Assembly: GCA_963833365.1 (NCBI GenBank)
Contig: CAWHXS010000003.1
Coordinates: 6,913 to 70,912 of the forward strand
Direction: 5' to 3'
DNA: 64,000 nucleotides
Source of the DNA: an uncultured Gemmatimonadales bacterium
GTDB lineage: Bacteria; Gemmatimonadota; Gemmatimonadetes; Gemmatimonadales; GWC2-71-9
This document shows positions 29,509 to 38,930 of this stretch, piece after piece. Below the pieces are notes generated by a model that was not told the DNA's origin, did no database searches, and saw only the letters and a list, made by a program, of their open reading frames with translations. The stretch's first letter is position 1; each line of letters starts with the position of its first letter. Both the position numbers and the translations under genes were made by a program.

Positions 29509-32340
29509 CAATAGTTATATCCGAAGAAGAACTGTACGAAGGAGCGCTTTCTCTGCTCGAGGGTCAAGCCGTATCCCCGGAAGCCACCATCGGTGAAACG
29601 CCGGCCCCAGTCGAGCCGCAGCACAGCGCCGGGTACGACCGGCCAGCGGAAGCTGACACCCCAACTGCCCAGAAGCGCGCGGTTCTCATCGGGCTGGTAC
29701 CACGCCTTCCCGACATCGAGGAAGAAGGCACCGTGAATATCCGGGAAGCGCAATTCTCCCAATCCCGCCGTGCCGAAGGCGAGGTAATTGAAGAGCGGGA
29801 ACCGGATCTCCTGATTGACCATGTAAGCGCGCGACCCAACAATGTAGCCGTAGATGGGGTATCCTCGCAGCCCAAGGGTACCGCCGATGTTGATCCGGTC
29901 GGGCCGGTCTCCCCCGCTATAGAATCCCATCACATCGGATTGCATAGGCGCTGCGGCGAGCCAGCCTGAAGTAGCGGCGGATATCGACGCCGAGAAGGAA
30001 CGAGTCGAAGCGGGCATTGCTGAAGTCTTTGGAGAGCCCTCCTGTGATGCCCAGGTAACCGCCATCCACCGGACCGGTGGACATCCAGAGCGTATTATCC
30101 CGCACGTAGGTCAGGTAATGAGAGGCGATCCATCCGACGCGCCGCGGCGTGGATACGGGGATCACGAAATCGACCCGGTCGGAGTGTTCGATGCGAGAGA
30201 GTCGCTTGAAGGCGGGTGAAGCGGGTAAGCGGATAGCGGAGAAGGCCGATTCCACCGATGGCATTTTCGTGGTAGACAGCGGTAAAATCCCCCGCGTACG
30301 TATTCCCTTTGAGTCGAAAGGCTCCAACTCCCCAGTTCAAACGCTTCGTCTGGTTGATGTACAGCCCGAACGCATTGATGTTCGAGAAAATGTCGCCGAA
30401 GTCCCGCCCCTGGTACGATGCGATCGTGAGATAGGCGAGATGATTGCTCAGCAGGTCGCTGGCGTAGAAGGTGATTCCCTGCGCTGCCCCGTAGCGGGGG
30501 ATGAACGTGGCGGACCCGGCGGCGAAATCGAGAGTGAGGTGTTTTTGGTAAGGCTGGGGACTGGTCCTCGCGCTGAGGCCGATGTCTCCCACTGGCCACG
30601 TCCACTCGGCGACCGGACCCTGTTCCGGGGACAGTGAGAAGGTCTGGCTCTGAGCCGATGAGTCGGGCGGGATTAGATAGATCCCGAGTGAAAGGTCGTG
30701 GAACCCGCTGACCAGGAAACCGGGCCGGTCGGTAAGCGGGACCGCATCAAACGTCCCGGTCCACACCGACGTTTCCCTGCGGCCCTCCCCCAGAGTGTCA
30801 ACCGAAAAGGTGTTGAGGACGCCGTCCCGGTCTGAGGTGAAATAGATCCGGTCGTCGGTGCTCCAGGTGGGCGTCTCATCTACCCAGGGTCCGCCGGTGA
30901 TCTGCCGAATCTGCCTGGTCTCGAGGTCGAGGATGAAGAGGTTCACCGCCCCATCCAGCCCCCCCGCGGTACGATCGCTGGCGAAGACGATCTCACGACC
31001 GTCGGGACTGACACTCGGATCGAGGTCCTGGTACGTGTCGTCGGTGAGATGCTCCAGCTCCCCGCCTGGCAGCCTCATGCGATAGAGGTCGGACACCCCG
31101 CTCAGGGACAGGCCGGAAAAGATGACGCTTTGGCTGTCCCTGGCCCAGACCGGAGACAGAATGCGACGTTATCTGGGGAAACTGATACCGGCCGACGATC
31201 TCGGTCTTGGGAACATTGAAAATCACCAGGGCGTCGCGGTCTTCGAATTGACTGGAGAAGAGCAGCAGGCCTTCATGCGACGCGTCAACCCGGGAATCGA
31301 ACGCATGGAGCGACGCAAAGTCGGCTGAACGTCCGCTCACCACCAGTGAATGGGAGCCACCATGCCCATCCAGCGGGGTGTGCATGAGGGTGACGAAGCC
31401 ACTCTTGGGCGAGGCGTAAAGAGCGTTGGTCCCGTCCTTGTTCGGCATTTCGGCCGGCTTGACCGCCTGATCGGCGACCCGCCGAGCGACCACGGTAAGC
31501 GGCACGTACTCCTCGCTCACCGGATAGTACGCTCTCCGCATGGCGAGCTGAAACTCTGCGGAGAGCTGGGCCAGAGTGCGGCCGTAGATCGCCTCGATGG
31601 CATCCTCGAACGTCAGGTATCGCCAGAGGTCGTGGTAGAGCTGGGCCGCCCGCCAATCGCCGTAGGTCTCACCGAGCCACCGATGAATGCGTCCGCCCAG
31701 CGGGTACACGATCCCGCCGGTGACGTAGGTCAGCTGGTCGATGTCGGGAAGCCGGCCGCTGAAGACCAGGTCCCGCAGAATCATTTCATCCCGTGCGTCC
31801 TCGCCCGCCGACCAGTACTCGGCGAGGCCCTCGGTCCACCAGAGCGGAAGCGGCGACTCCGGATGACCGGGGTGACCGGTTGTACCGGTCGATCCCCAGA
31901 CTGATCTGAAACGCGTGCACCAGCTCGTGACGCATCGTATGGCGAAACTCGGCCAGGTTGCCACGGAACGGGAGCGTCACCCGGCGCTTGAGAAAATCGG
32001 TGACGCCGAGCAGGCCTTCGGGCGGAGTGAATGGAAGGATGTTGGTCTGTTCGAAATCGCTGTGCGACGCGTAAACGATGAGGGGAATGCGGCTGGTCAC
32101 CTCATGGCTGAACTTGAGGCGAAGAACTTCGTAACTCTCCTCGGCGTATTGCAGCGCGGTCGGCGCGAGCTCGGCTTCTTCGGGATAGAAGTACAGATCG
32201 ATGTGCGGACCCTTCAGGACCTCCCAGTCGAACTTGCGGTACTGGACCTTGTTCTCGCCGAGGATGGCAAACTGCGCTCTGCCGGATGTGGCGGTCAGGG
32301 CGAGGAGAACGACTGGAAGCAGGAGCAGCCGGCGAATCAT
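29508..32340 (-). pseudogene. three-module outer-membrane protein of about 944 aa with a gluzincin (HExxH) peptidase-like domain, a PD40/TolB-like beta-propeller and an Omp85/surface-antigen beta-barrel; at least 4 frame breaks (about 31900, 31140, 30225, 29960)
   Basis: The signal peptide is MIRRLLLLPVVLLALTATSGRAQ (ATGA overlap with the upstream stop). It has HELVHAFQ and downstream WWTEGLAEYW. The PD40 blades contain LSPVWARDSQSVIFSG, DLDPSVSPDGREIVFASDR and ETPTWSTDDRIYFTSDRDG. The barrel contains GGTLGLRGYP...FLDVGKAWY...VLRLDWG and ends with the aromatic terminus FFFGYNY*. Continuity across each junction was checked by hand translation. Confidence 0.65.
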
Positions 32341-34466
32341 TTCTTGATTGAACGAATCAGATCGCCTTGGGTGATCCGGTTGAGCACTGGAAAGCCATCC
32401 ACGACCTGACCGAAAACAGTGTAAATGCCATCGAGATGCGGTTGCGGGCCCAACGTGATGAACCACTGGCTGCCACCGGTGTCGGGCCCGGAGAGTGCCA
32501 TGCCGACGGTGCTGGGCTTATAACGGCGCGGGTTGATCTCGTCCCGTATGGCTCCGCCTGGACCGCCCCATCCGTCCCCCCGCGGATCACCGGTTTGCAC
32601 CACGAAGTTGGGCACCATGCGGTGGAACCTTTGGCCGTTGAAGTATCCGCGATCGACCAATTTCAAAAAGGTGCTTACCGTGAGAGGTGCTTCCGGTCCG
32701 AACAACTCGAGCTCGATTACTCCAAGCTGATCCACATCAACCTTGACGTGCGGATACCTCGTTGGGGGTTGGCCAACCAGATACGTCCGGGTGACCTCAC
32801 GGTAGTCCTCCATCGTCCGGCCGGTCCGCACCGGGTAAGGACTGCCCCATTTGGCCGCTGCCTCAGGCCAGTTTTCCTCTGCCCATCGCAACACCAGATA
32901 GTCGTCGGGCGGGCTGCTCGCGTTCAGAAATTCCCGATCAACGCGATGAGCCACCGAATCCGATAGCTTGGCAATCGCCTTCAGCGCCGCGAGATCGGAG
33001 AGACGGGCCTCGGGAAAGGAATCCCGCGAGGCCGAGCGGTACGCTTTGACCAGCGCCGTGATGTCCGACTCGGCGGGTTCCTTTGCCAAGCCGTCCGCGG
33101 CCAGGCTCCGGACCGCGGCGTCGCGATGATTGAGCAGAACCCGGCAGGTCTCCACGAACGCAGAGTCGTTCTCCTCTGCTGTAGTCCCCCAGGCATCGAG
33201 GGCAGCGGCGACCACTCGCCCGTCAGGATCCTGCAGGAATTCGCGACGGCCCCCATGCCTCACCTTTGCCCAGGCCTCGGCGGCGGCGGAGCGTTGCCGC
33301 CAGTCCGAGCTGTTGGTCCATGAACTCTCGAGCTTGAGAAATGCAGCCGAGTCCACGACCGCGAGGCTGACCAGAGCGGCCCGGCGTCGGGCAAAGGTCC
33401 CTTTCGAGGAGGAGACGACTCGGACCAGCTCGGTTGCCACTTTGGGGTCAGGCATGTCCCGCATTGCCGTGGCTGCCTCAACAGCAACCCCTGGCACTGC
33501 GTCATCCAACAACACGGTCGCCCGCGCGCCAAGGTCTCCCCGTTTATAGGTTGCCAGGGAACGGAGGGCCTGAACCCTGACCCCGGGGTCCAAGTCGCCG
33601 GTTGCACGAAGCAACAGCCGGGCGACGCTTTCACTCTCCAGGCGGGCGGAGTCGGCGTAGGCCTTGGTCAGCGTGCGGGCCGCAGTTGCGCGAGTGAGGG
33701 GATAGCGATCGCCGAGGGCGTCGAGCATTCGGGAGCCGGCGGTAGGGGCACGGAGGCGGCCCAGCGAATAGTAGATGTTCCACCGCAGGTCATCGTCGTC
33801 GGTTCCGACCATGCCGAGCAGGCCGTCCACCGGAGCGTTCTTGCCCAGGCGCCATGCCTCGGTGACGGCGCGCCGGACAAGGTCGTTACGATCTTCCCGA
33901 GCCGTCAGCGCTGAACCGGCCAGGAGGGAACGAAACCAGCGCCCAGCCTCGGCCCCGCCGGTCTTGGCCAGAGCGGTCACCATCTCCAGCGCCGCAGCAG
34001 GAGGCGCGAGCTCGGGATCCTCCAACCGCTTGATCAGGTCATCGGAAACGGAAGAGTCGGCGAGCAAGCCGAGAGCGAACGCGGCATTGGATTCAACGAT
34101 GGTATCCGGATCCACCAGGAGCGGGAGCAGCAGGGGAATCGCACGGAGATCTCCCAGCCGGCCGGCGGAGAGAGCCGCGATGCGCCGGACCAGTGAGTCG
34201 GGCGAAAGAGTGGAGCGCCGGAGAAGCGACTCATCGAAGGTTCGCGCATCCTCTGCGGCGATGATCGGCGCTATAGCCTCGACCAACAGATCGGTTTGGG
34301 CGTGGAGCGATTGAGGGATTGAGGAATTGAGGGATTGAACGAGGAGGATTATCCCGAGTCTATACCCCCAGATCCTTCCGCTCCTCAATGCCTCAATCTT
34401 GCAATCCCTCAATCCCTCAATCCTCCCATCCCTCAATCCCCCAATCCACGAATCCTTCAATCCCAT
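32337..34466 (-). CDS. HEAT-repeat protein fused to a C-terminal cyclophilin-type peptidyl-prolyl isomerase; start uncertain
   Basis: The C-terminus LELFGPEAPLTVSTFLKLVDRGYFNGQRFHRMVPNFVVQTGDPRGDGWGGPG...SQWFITL is cyclophilin. Upstream are HEAT/armadillo-like repeats (RRIAALSAGRLGDLRAIPLLLPLLVD...). Candidate starts are ATG 34466 (TGATG overlap with the thioesterase stop, which would translate the octamer array) and TTG 34388 (which gives the signal-peptide-like MRSGRIWGYRLGIILLVQSL...SLHA/Q). The ORF-track start at 34541 overlaps the upstream gene. Confidence 0.75.
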   Translation of the reverse strand: MGLKDSWIGGLRDGRIEGLRDCKIEALRSGRIWGYRLGIILLVQSLNSSIPQSLHAQTDLLVEAIAPIIAAEDARTFDESLLRRSTLSPDSLVRRIAALSAGRLGDLRAIPLLLPLLVDPDTIVESNAAFALGLLADSSVSDDLIKRLEDPELAPPAAALEMVTALAKTGGAEAGRWFRSLLAGSALTAREDRNDLVRRAVTEAWRLGKNAPVDGLLGMVGTDDDDLRWNIYYSLGRLRAPTAGSRMLDALGDRYPLTRATAARTLTKAYADSARLESESVARLLLRATGDLDPGVRVQALRSLATYKRGDLGARATVLLDDAVPGVAVEAATAMRDMPDPKVATELVRVVSSSKGTFARRRAALVSLAVVDSAAFLKLESSWTNSSDWRQRSAAAEAWAKVRHGGRREFLQDPDGRVVAAALDAWGTTAEENDSAFVETCRVLLNHRDAAVRSLAADGLAKEPAESDITALVKAYRSASRDSFPEARLSDLAALKAIAKLSDSVAHRVDREFLNASSPPDDYLVLRWAEENWPEAAAKWGSPYPVRTGRTMEDYREVTRTYLVGQPPTRYPHVKVDVDQLGVIELELFGPEAPLTVSTFLKLVDRGYFNGQRFHRMVPNFVVQTGDPRGDGWGGPGGAIRDEINPRRYKPSTVGMALSGPDTGGSQWFITLGPQPHLDGIYTVFGQVVDGFPVLNRITQGDLIRSIKK
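34309..34462. repeat. inverted octamer arrays with 4 units of GATTGAGG (34309-34340) facing about 10 units of CCTCAATC (34383-34462)
   Basis: Read directly. The left side is GATTGAGG GATTGAGG AATTGAGG GATTGAAC. The right side is CCTCAATG CCTCAATC TTGCAATC CCTCAATC CCTCAATC CTCCCATC CCTCAATC CCCCAATC CACGAATC CTTCAATC. It abuts the thioesterase stop codon (34466-34468). Confidence 0.9.
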
Positions 34467-34885
34467 CACTCCTCCGTTGGTTGAAGCGCCGTGACCACGT
34501 TGGCCGGAAGGCGCGAGAGCCGGTGGTCGCGATCGAGGCAAACCAGCGCCGTTTCGGCGGTCGCCATCGGAACAGCGTTCTCCGCGTGCTCGATGACGTA
34601 GTCGAACACCACCTTTCGGCTCGCTACTTCACGCACCCGGCAACGAATCCTGACCAGATCGTCGTACCGGGCCGGCCCCGCGTAGCGGATTCTCAGGTCG
34701 GTGACAACGAGCCTGATACCCTGATCTTCCAGTTCCTTGTAGCTGAAGCCCGCCTCCCGCAAATGCTCCGTCCGGGCCATATCCAGCCAGACGACGTAGC
34801 GGGCGTGGTAGACCACGCCCATTTGGTCGGTTTCCGAGTAGTTGACCCGGACTGTGATGACCGATTCCCTGGCGGCAGGACTCAC
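34466..34885 (-). CDS. YbgC/4HBT-family acyl-CoA thioesterase
   Basis: Intact 139-aa ORF. It has the hot-dog fold signature VRVNYSETDQMGVVYHARYVVWLDMARTEHLREAG. Confidence 0.8.
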   Translation of the reverse strand: MSPAARESVITVRVNYSETDQMGVVYHARYVVWLDMARTEHLREAGFSYKELEDQGIRLVVTDLRIRYAGPARYDDLVRIRCRVREVASRKVVFDYVIEHAENAVPMATAETALVCLDRDHRLSRLPANVVTALQPTEE

Positions 34886-34950
34886 TGGTAGACGCTCGAA
34901 AAGGTGGCGGAGGGCACATCAAGAGGCGTAGGGCGGCCGGCGAAAAGAAG

Positions 34951-35757
34951 GTGCCCGGCGTGGTTAGGAAAGTCAAACCGTGCAATCGCTTGCGGGCTGC
35001 TACCGAAGCGGCCATCTTCGGCGCCGTGCTGGGCCAACGCCTGCTGATCGTCAGCGATGCCCATCTGGGTCGCGGCACCTCCGAAACCGAGGAGGCCTTC
35101 CTGGCATTCCTGGCGGCAACGCCGAGTCTGGGCGATTGCCTCCTGATTAATGGAGACCTTTTCGAGTTCTGGTTCACCTATAAACGGGTCGTACCCCGCA
35201 CCGGCTTCCGCGTGGCCGCCTCTTTGGCCGAGTTACGTCGGCGTATCCCGGTGGTGATGACCGGGGGAAACCATGACCGATGGGGAGGGACATTCTGGCA
35301 GACGGAACTCGGCATCGAGTTCAGCCCCTCAGAGGTCCGTTTCGAAGTGGGTAGACGCGTCGTCCTCGCGCTGCACGGGGATGGGATAACAGAGACTCGT
35401 CCCTCTGCCCGGTGGCTGCACCGGCTGACCCGGCATCCTCTGGCCATCGCTGGATTCAGGTCCCTCCATCCGGACGTAGGGCACTGGTTGGTGGATCACC
35501 TGAGCGCCAGCCTCGGCAATTCAGAGCCTGACCCGGCAGCCCAGGCCGACGCGGCCCGCCAGCAGCAGCGCTGGGGGGAGGCACGCCTCGAAAGCGATTC
35601 GAGTATTGGAGCCATCGTGCTCGGCCACACTCACAAGGCAATGCTTTCAGAGCCTCTCCCGGGGCGTCACTATCTCAACCCGGGCGCTTGGTTTGATGGA
35701 TACCGCTATGCTGTCCTCAGCGACGAGCGTACCGAGCTGATCCGGTTCACCGGCTGA
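34951..35757 (+). CDS. lpxH: UDP-2,3-diacylglucosamine diphosphatase
   Basis: Contains the metallophosphoesterase/LpxH motifs LLIVSDAHLG, INGDLFEFW, GGNHD, LHGD, LGHTH and PGAW. A GTG at 35026 (VLGQRLLIVSDAHLG) is a more typical start than the ORF-track GTG at 34951. Confidence 0.8.
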   Translation: MPGVVRKVKPCNRLRAATEAAIFGAVLGQRLLIVSDAHLGRGTSETEEAFLAFLAATPSLGDCLLINGDLFEFWFTYKRVVPRTGFRVAASLAELRRRIPVVMTGGNHDRWGGTFWQTELGIEFSPSEVRFEVGRRVVLALHGDGITETRPSARWLHRLTRHPLAIAGFRSLHPDVGHWLVDHLSASLGNSEPDPAAQADAARQQQRWGEARLESDSSIGAIVLGHTHKAMLSEPLPGRHYLNPGAWFDGYRYAVLSDERTELIRFTG

Positions 35758-35759
35758 CA

Positions 35760-37592
35760 ATGCCTCAAACCCTCGCCCCAACCGATCCGATCCTGCTCGA
35801 GGTTCAAGCGGCCCTGGCGGGTCGATATTCCGTCGACCGCGAGCTGGGTCGCGGAGGCATGGCGACAGTTTATCTGGCGCGCGACATCCGACTCGACCGG
35901 TTGGTCGCGATCAAAGTGTTGCTGCCCGAGCTCGCGGTCAGACCCGAGCTGCGCGAGCGGTTTCTGCGGGAAACCCGGACCGCGGCCTCGTTCTCACATC
36001 CCAACATCGTGCCGGTCCACGCCGTCGAGGAGACGCCGACGCTCCTCTTCTTCGTGATGGGGTTCGTGGAGGGAGAGACCCTGACCCAGGTCGTTCGCCG
36101 TCACGGCCCGCTCACCGCGACCGCGGCGGCTCGCTTGATACAGGAGGTGGCTTGGGCCTTGTCGTACGCCCATGGCCGCGGCGTGGTGCACCGTGACGTG
36201 AAGCCAGACAATATCCTGCTGGAACGGGCGACTGGACGGGCGATGGTTACCGATTTCGGAATCGCGCGCTCGTTTGCAGCGTCAGGATTGACTCAAGTGG
36301 GAGAAGTCGTCGGCACCCCACACTTCATGAGTCCGGAACAGGCGGCTGGAGACCAGCTCGACGGCCGGAGTGACCTCTACTCGCTGGGGGTGGCGGCGTT
36401 CTTTGCGGTGACCGGACGGGTGCCATTCGATGGGGAGAGCGCACAGGCCATTCTCGCCATGCACATGAGCCGCCCGGCGCCACCAATCCTCGAGCTGCGA
36501 CCCGACCTCCCTGCTCCACTTGGTGACACGATCGATCGCTGTCTCGCCAAGGAGCCGCAGGACCGGTTTTCCCGCGGCGAGGAGCTAGTGGATGCACTCG
36601 AAGGAATCCGGGCTGGCCGGAAGGAAGTTCCCACCTCGATTCGGCTGTGGGCCACCCGGAGCGATCAATTCTTCCGGGTCGGCCTGATCCTGACACTGCT
36701 CAGTTCCCAGGTGGTGGGACGGTTCCACAGCGAGCTCGAGCAACTGGTCTCCGGCACGATGTTTCTGGTCCTGGTGATCTCGCTCTGGATCCAGATACCG
36801 CTCGGCATGCGGGATCTCGCCCGGCAGGGGCTCGACTTTGGAGATCTGGTTGCAGGCCTGGTGGATCTGGACCACGAGAGGCGGGCTGCCACCGCCGCAC
36901 TACGCGCTGCGCCGGACTACAACCAGAGGAGACGGATGCGAGCCGTGCTTCTCGCGTTGAGCGGCCTGGTCGCCGTCCTGCTCCTGCTCTTCGCGCTGAG
37001 TCAGAAACGGCCTCCACCTGGCCACATCTTCACCCCGATTGGGACCGTTGCTCTGGTGCTGGGCATCGCCGTGGGAATGGGAACCCTCGTCTTCACTATG
37101 GCCGGTGTTGCGAGGAGCGGCCGGATGGATCGCCGGATGCACGGCTTGTGGACGGGACCGGTGGGCCGGTTCCTCTTCTGGCTGGGCAGCCTGGGGCTGG
37201 TGCAGCACGGCACCGGGGCGACGCCGTCGGCGGGCCCACGCGCTCTGCTGGAGGACCTTCCTCGCGAACAGCGCCACCGGTCTGCTCGGTTCCGTACTCT
37301 TTTTGATCAGATAGACCGGCAGTTAGAGCGCCTGGCACAACGCGATAACGAGTTGACCGACACGCTGGATCAGGTGAGCGGGGCTACTCCGACATCGGGC
37401 GGCGGAGTCGCGGTAAAACATGAAACGCTGATCAGAGATCTCGAACAGGCTCAGCGGGTAACAAGCGACCGTCGTCTCGAACTGTTGGGGGCACTGGAGA
37501 ATGCCCGGTTGGGCTTGCTGCGGCTCAAGAGCAAGGTCGGGGATGCCGACGAATTGGAGAGGGAACTCGAGGAGACGCTGCGCCGATCGTAG
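35760..37592 (+). CDS. serine/threonine protein kinase with multi-TM middle region and C-terminal coiled coil
   Basis: Intact 610-aa ORF. The Hanks kinase motifs are GRGGMATVYLA, AIKVL, HRDVKPDNILL, DFGIA and GTPHFMSPEQ. About 4-5 hydrophobic helices lie at residues 300-480. The tail is heptad-like (LERLAQRDNELTDTLDQ...LERELEETLRRS). The start is 3 nt after the lpxH stop. Confidence 0.85.
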   Translation: MPQTLAPTDPILLEVQAALAGRYSVDRELGRGGMATVYLARDIRLDRLVAIKVLLPELAVRPELRERFLRETRTAASFSHPNIVPVHAVEETPTLLFFVMGFVEGETLTQVVRRHGPLTATAAARLIQEVAWALSYAHGRGVVHRDVKPDNILLERATGRAMVTDFGIARSFAASGLTQVGEVVGTPHFMSPEQAAGDQLDGRSDLYSLGVAAFFAVTGRVPFDGESAQAILAMHMSRPAPPILELRPDLPAPLGDTIDRCLAKEPQDRFSRGEELVDALEGIRAGRKEVPTSIRLWATRSDQFFRVGLILTLLSSQVVGRFHSELEQLVSGTMFLVLVISLWIQIPLGMRDLARQGLDFGDLVAGLVDLDHERRAATAALRAAPDYNQRRRMRAVLLALSGLVAVLLLLFALSQKRPPPGHIFTPIGTVALVLGIAVGMGTLVFTMAGVARSGRMDRRMHGLWTGPVGRFLFWLGSLGLVQHGTGATPSAGPRALLEDLPREQRHRSARFRTLFDQIDRQLERLAQRDNELTDTLDQVSGATPTSGGGVAVKHETLIRDLEQAQRVTSDRRLELLGALENARLGLLRLKSKVGDADELERELEETLRRS

Positions 37593-37596
37593 GTTC

Positions 37597-38394
37597 CTAC
37601 ATCGCCATGACTTCAGCTTTACCCAACCGCTCGCCCAGGAAGCGGGAGCCAACCACCCGAAAGCGGGCCTCGTCATCGCTCACCACGAAGCGATGTGTGA
37701 CCGGAGCGCCGGAAGCGGCTTCGAGGCCGTTTTCCTTGAGCGCCGATGCGACGACCCGCGCCGTTTCCTGGGCGCTGTCGATCAGCTTGACCTGGGGACC
37801 CATCACCTTTCCGAGCAGTGGTTTGAGGAGCGGATAATGGGTGCAGCCCAGGACGAGAGCATTCACCTTGGCTTCGCGTAACGAGCCGAGGTACTCCTCC
37901 GCGATCAACTGTGCGGCTGGATGCTCGAACCATCCCTCCTCCACCAGAGGCACGAAGAGCGGGCAGGCGACCTGCTCCACTCGCGCGCCGGGCTCGAGTG
38001 CGTGGATCGCCTTCGCGTAGGCATTGCTCGCGATGGTCCCCGCGGTCCCGATCACACCGATCGGGCCAACGCGAGTCGCCGCGACCGCAGCGGTGGCGCC
38101 CGGCTCGATCACTCCTATGACCGGAACCGGTGACTCGGATCGCAGGGCCTGAAGCGCGTGAGCGGTGCTGGTGTTGCAGGCCACGACCACCAGCTTGACG
38201 CCTTGACCGACGAGCCAGTGGAGAATCTCGAGGCTGTAGCGCCGTACCGTGTCCGGGCTCTTGGGACCGTAAGGCACCCGGGCAGTGTCCCCGAAATAGA
38301 TGGTGGATTCGTGAGGCAGCCGCTCGAAGATCGAGTGGGTGACCGTGAGACCTCCGATCCCCGAGTCGAAAATGCCGATCGGAGCCGAATTCAC
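37597..38394 (-). CDS. murI: glutamate racemase
   Basis: Intact 265-aa ORF containing IGIFDSGIGGLTV, VVACNTSTA and LGCTHYPLL. The GTG start overlaps the upstream stop (GTGA). Confidence 0.9.
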   Translation of the reverse strand: MNSAPIGIFDSGIGGLTVTHSIFERLPHESTIYFGDTARVPYGPKSPDTVRRYSLEILHWLVGQGVKLVVVACNTSTAHALQALRSESPVPVIGVIEPGATAAVAATRVGPIGVIGTAGTIASNAYAKAIHALEPGARVEQVACPLFVPLVEEGWFEHPAAQLIAEEYLGSLREAKVNALVLGCTHYPLLKPLLGKVMGPQVKLIDSAQETARVVASALKENGLEAASGAPVTHRFVVSDDEARFRVVGSRFLGERLGKAEVMAM

Positions 38395-38930
38395 GGTATT
38401 CGCACCGGCAGGCTCACGCTGCCCGCGACTCCGCCACCAGGGATGGGTTGAAGCTTGAGATCAGGTGGAAAGTCCCAGAGGTGTGCCGACACGAACGCCT
38501 CGAGGCCTGCCATGAGGTGATTGAAGCCTAGAATCACCAGCCAATCATCCACCTCGTTCGCCTTGGCATCAGCTCTGGTGGACTGGGTTCGTCGCAGGTA
38601 CTCCAGCTCATTCTGGGCCTTGAGGGCCATCCCAAGGCTGATGGCCTCGACCGTGATGAAAATGGCGCCAGTCAGTTTGCGATTGAGCTTGGCCTGCCCC
38701 CAACCGGGTATGAGGATGCTGCGCCCCAGCGCGCCGAGGGGACTCACCGGCCGCGCGGCATTCCGGGCACTGTCCCGTTGCAAAGGGGTGAGCCCGCCCA
38801 GACTTCCCGGAACCAACGAATCAGCCGGCGGGACGGCCGAGGTATCCGGCGGCGCGGGAATCGAATCCTGCGCCTGCAGCCGGCCGCTCACACTCAGTAG
38901 AGCGACCAGCACGACGAGGATTCGCCTCAT
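38391..38930 (-). CDS. DUF5683-like membrane protein
   Basis: ATG 38930 (ATGA overlap with the ltaE stop) gives the signal peptide MRRILVVLVALLSVSGRLQAQ. The later sequence SILIPGWGQAKLNRKLTGAIFITVEAISLG resembles DUF5683. Confidence 0.45.
   Translation of the reverse strand: MRRILVVLVALLSVSGRLQAQDSIPAPPDTSAVPPADSLVPGSLGGLTPLQRDSARNAARPVSPLGALGRSILIPGWGQAKLNRKLTGAIFITVEAISLGMALKAQNELEYLRRTQSTRADAKANEVDDWLVILGFNHLMAGLEAFVSAHLWDFPPDLKLQPIPGGGVAGSVSLPVRIP

Noticed and set aside
34383-34462. The regular array of about 10 direct repeats, as a possible CRISPR array
   Set aside because: The units are 8 nt and directly abutting, with no spacers. There are no cas genes. The array is mirrored by an inverted copy. 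It is a micro-tandem repeat, not a CRISPR.
34467-34541. ORF-track start (34541) of the HEAT-cyclophilin gene, overlapping the thioesterase gene by 75 nt
   Set aside because: The extension is Arg/Pro-rich and has no support. An ATG at 34466 with a TGATG coupling, or the TTG at 34388, are better candidates. The start remains unresolved.
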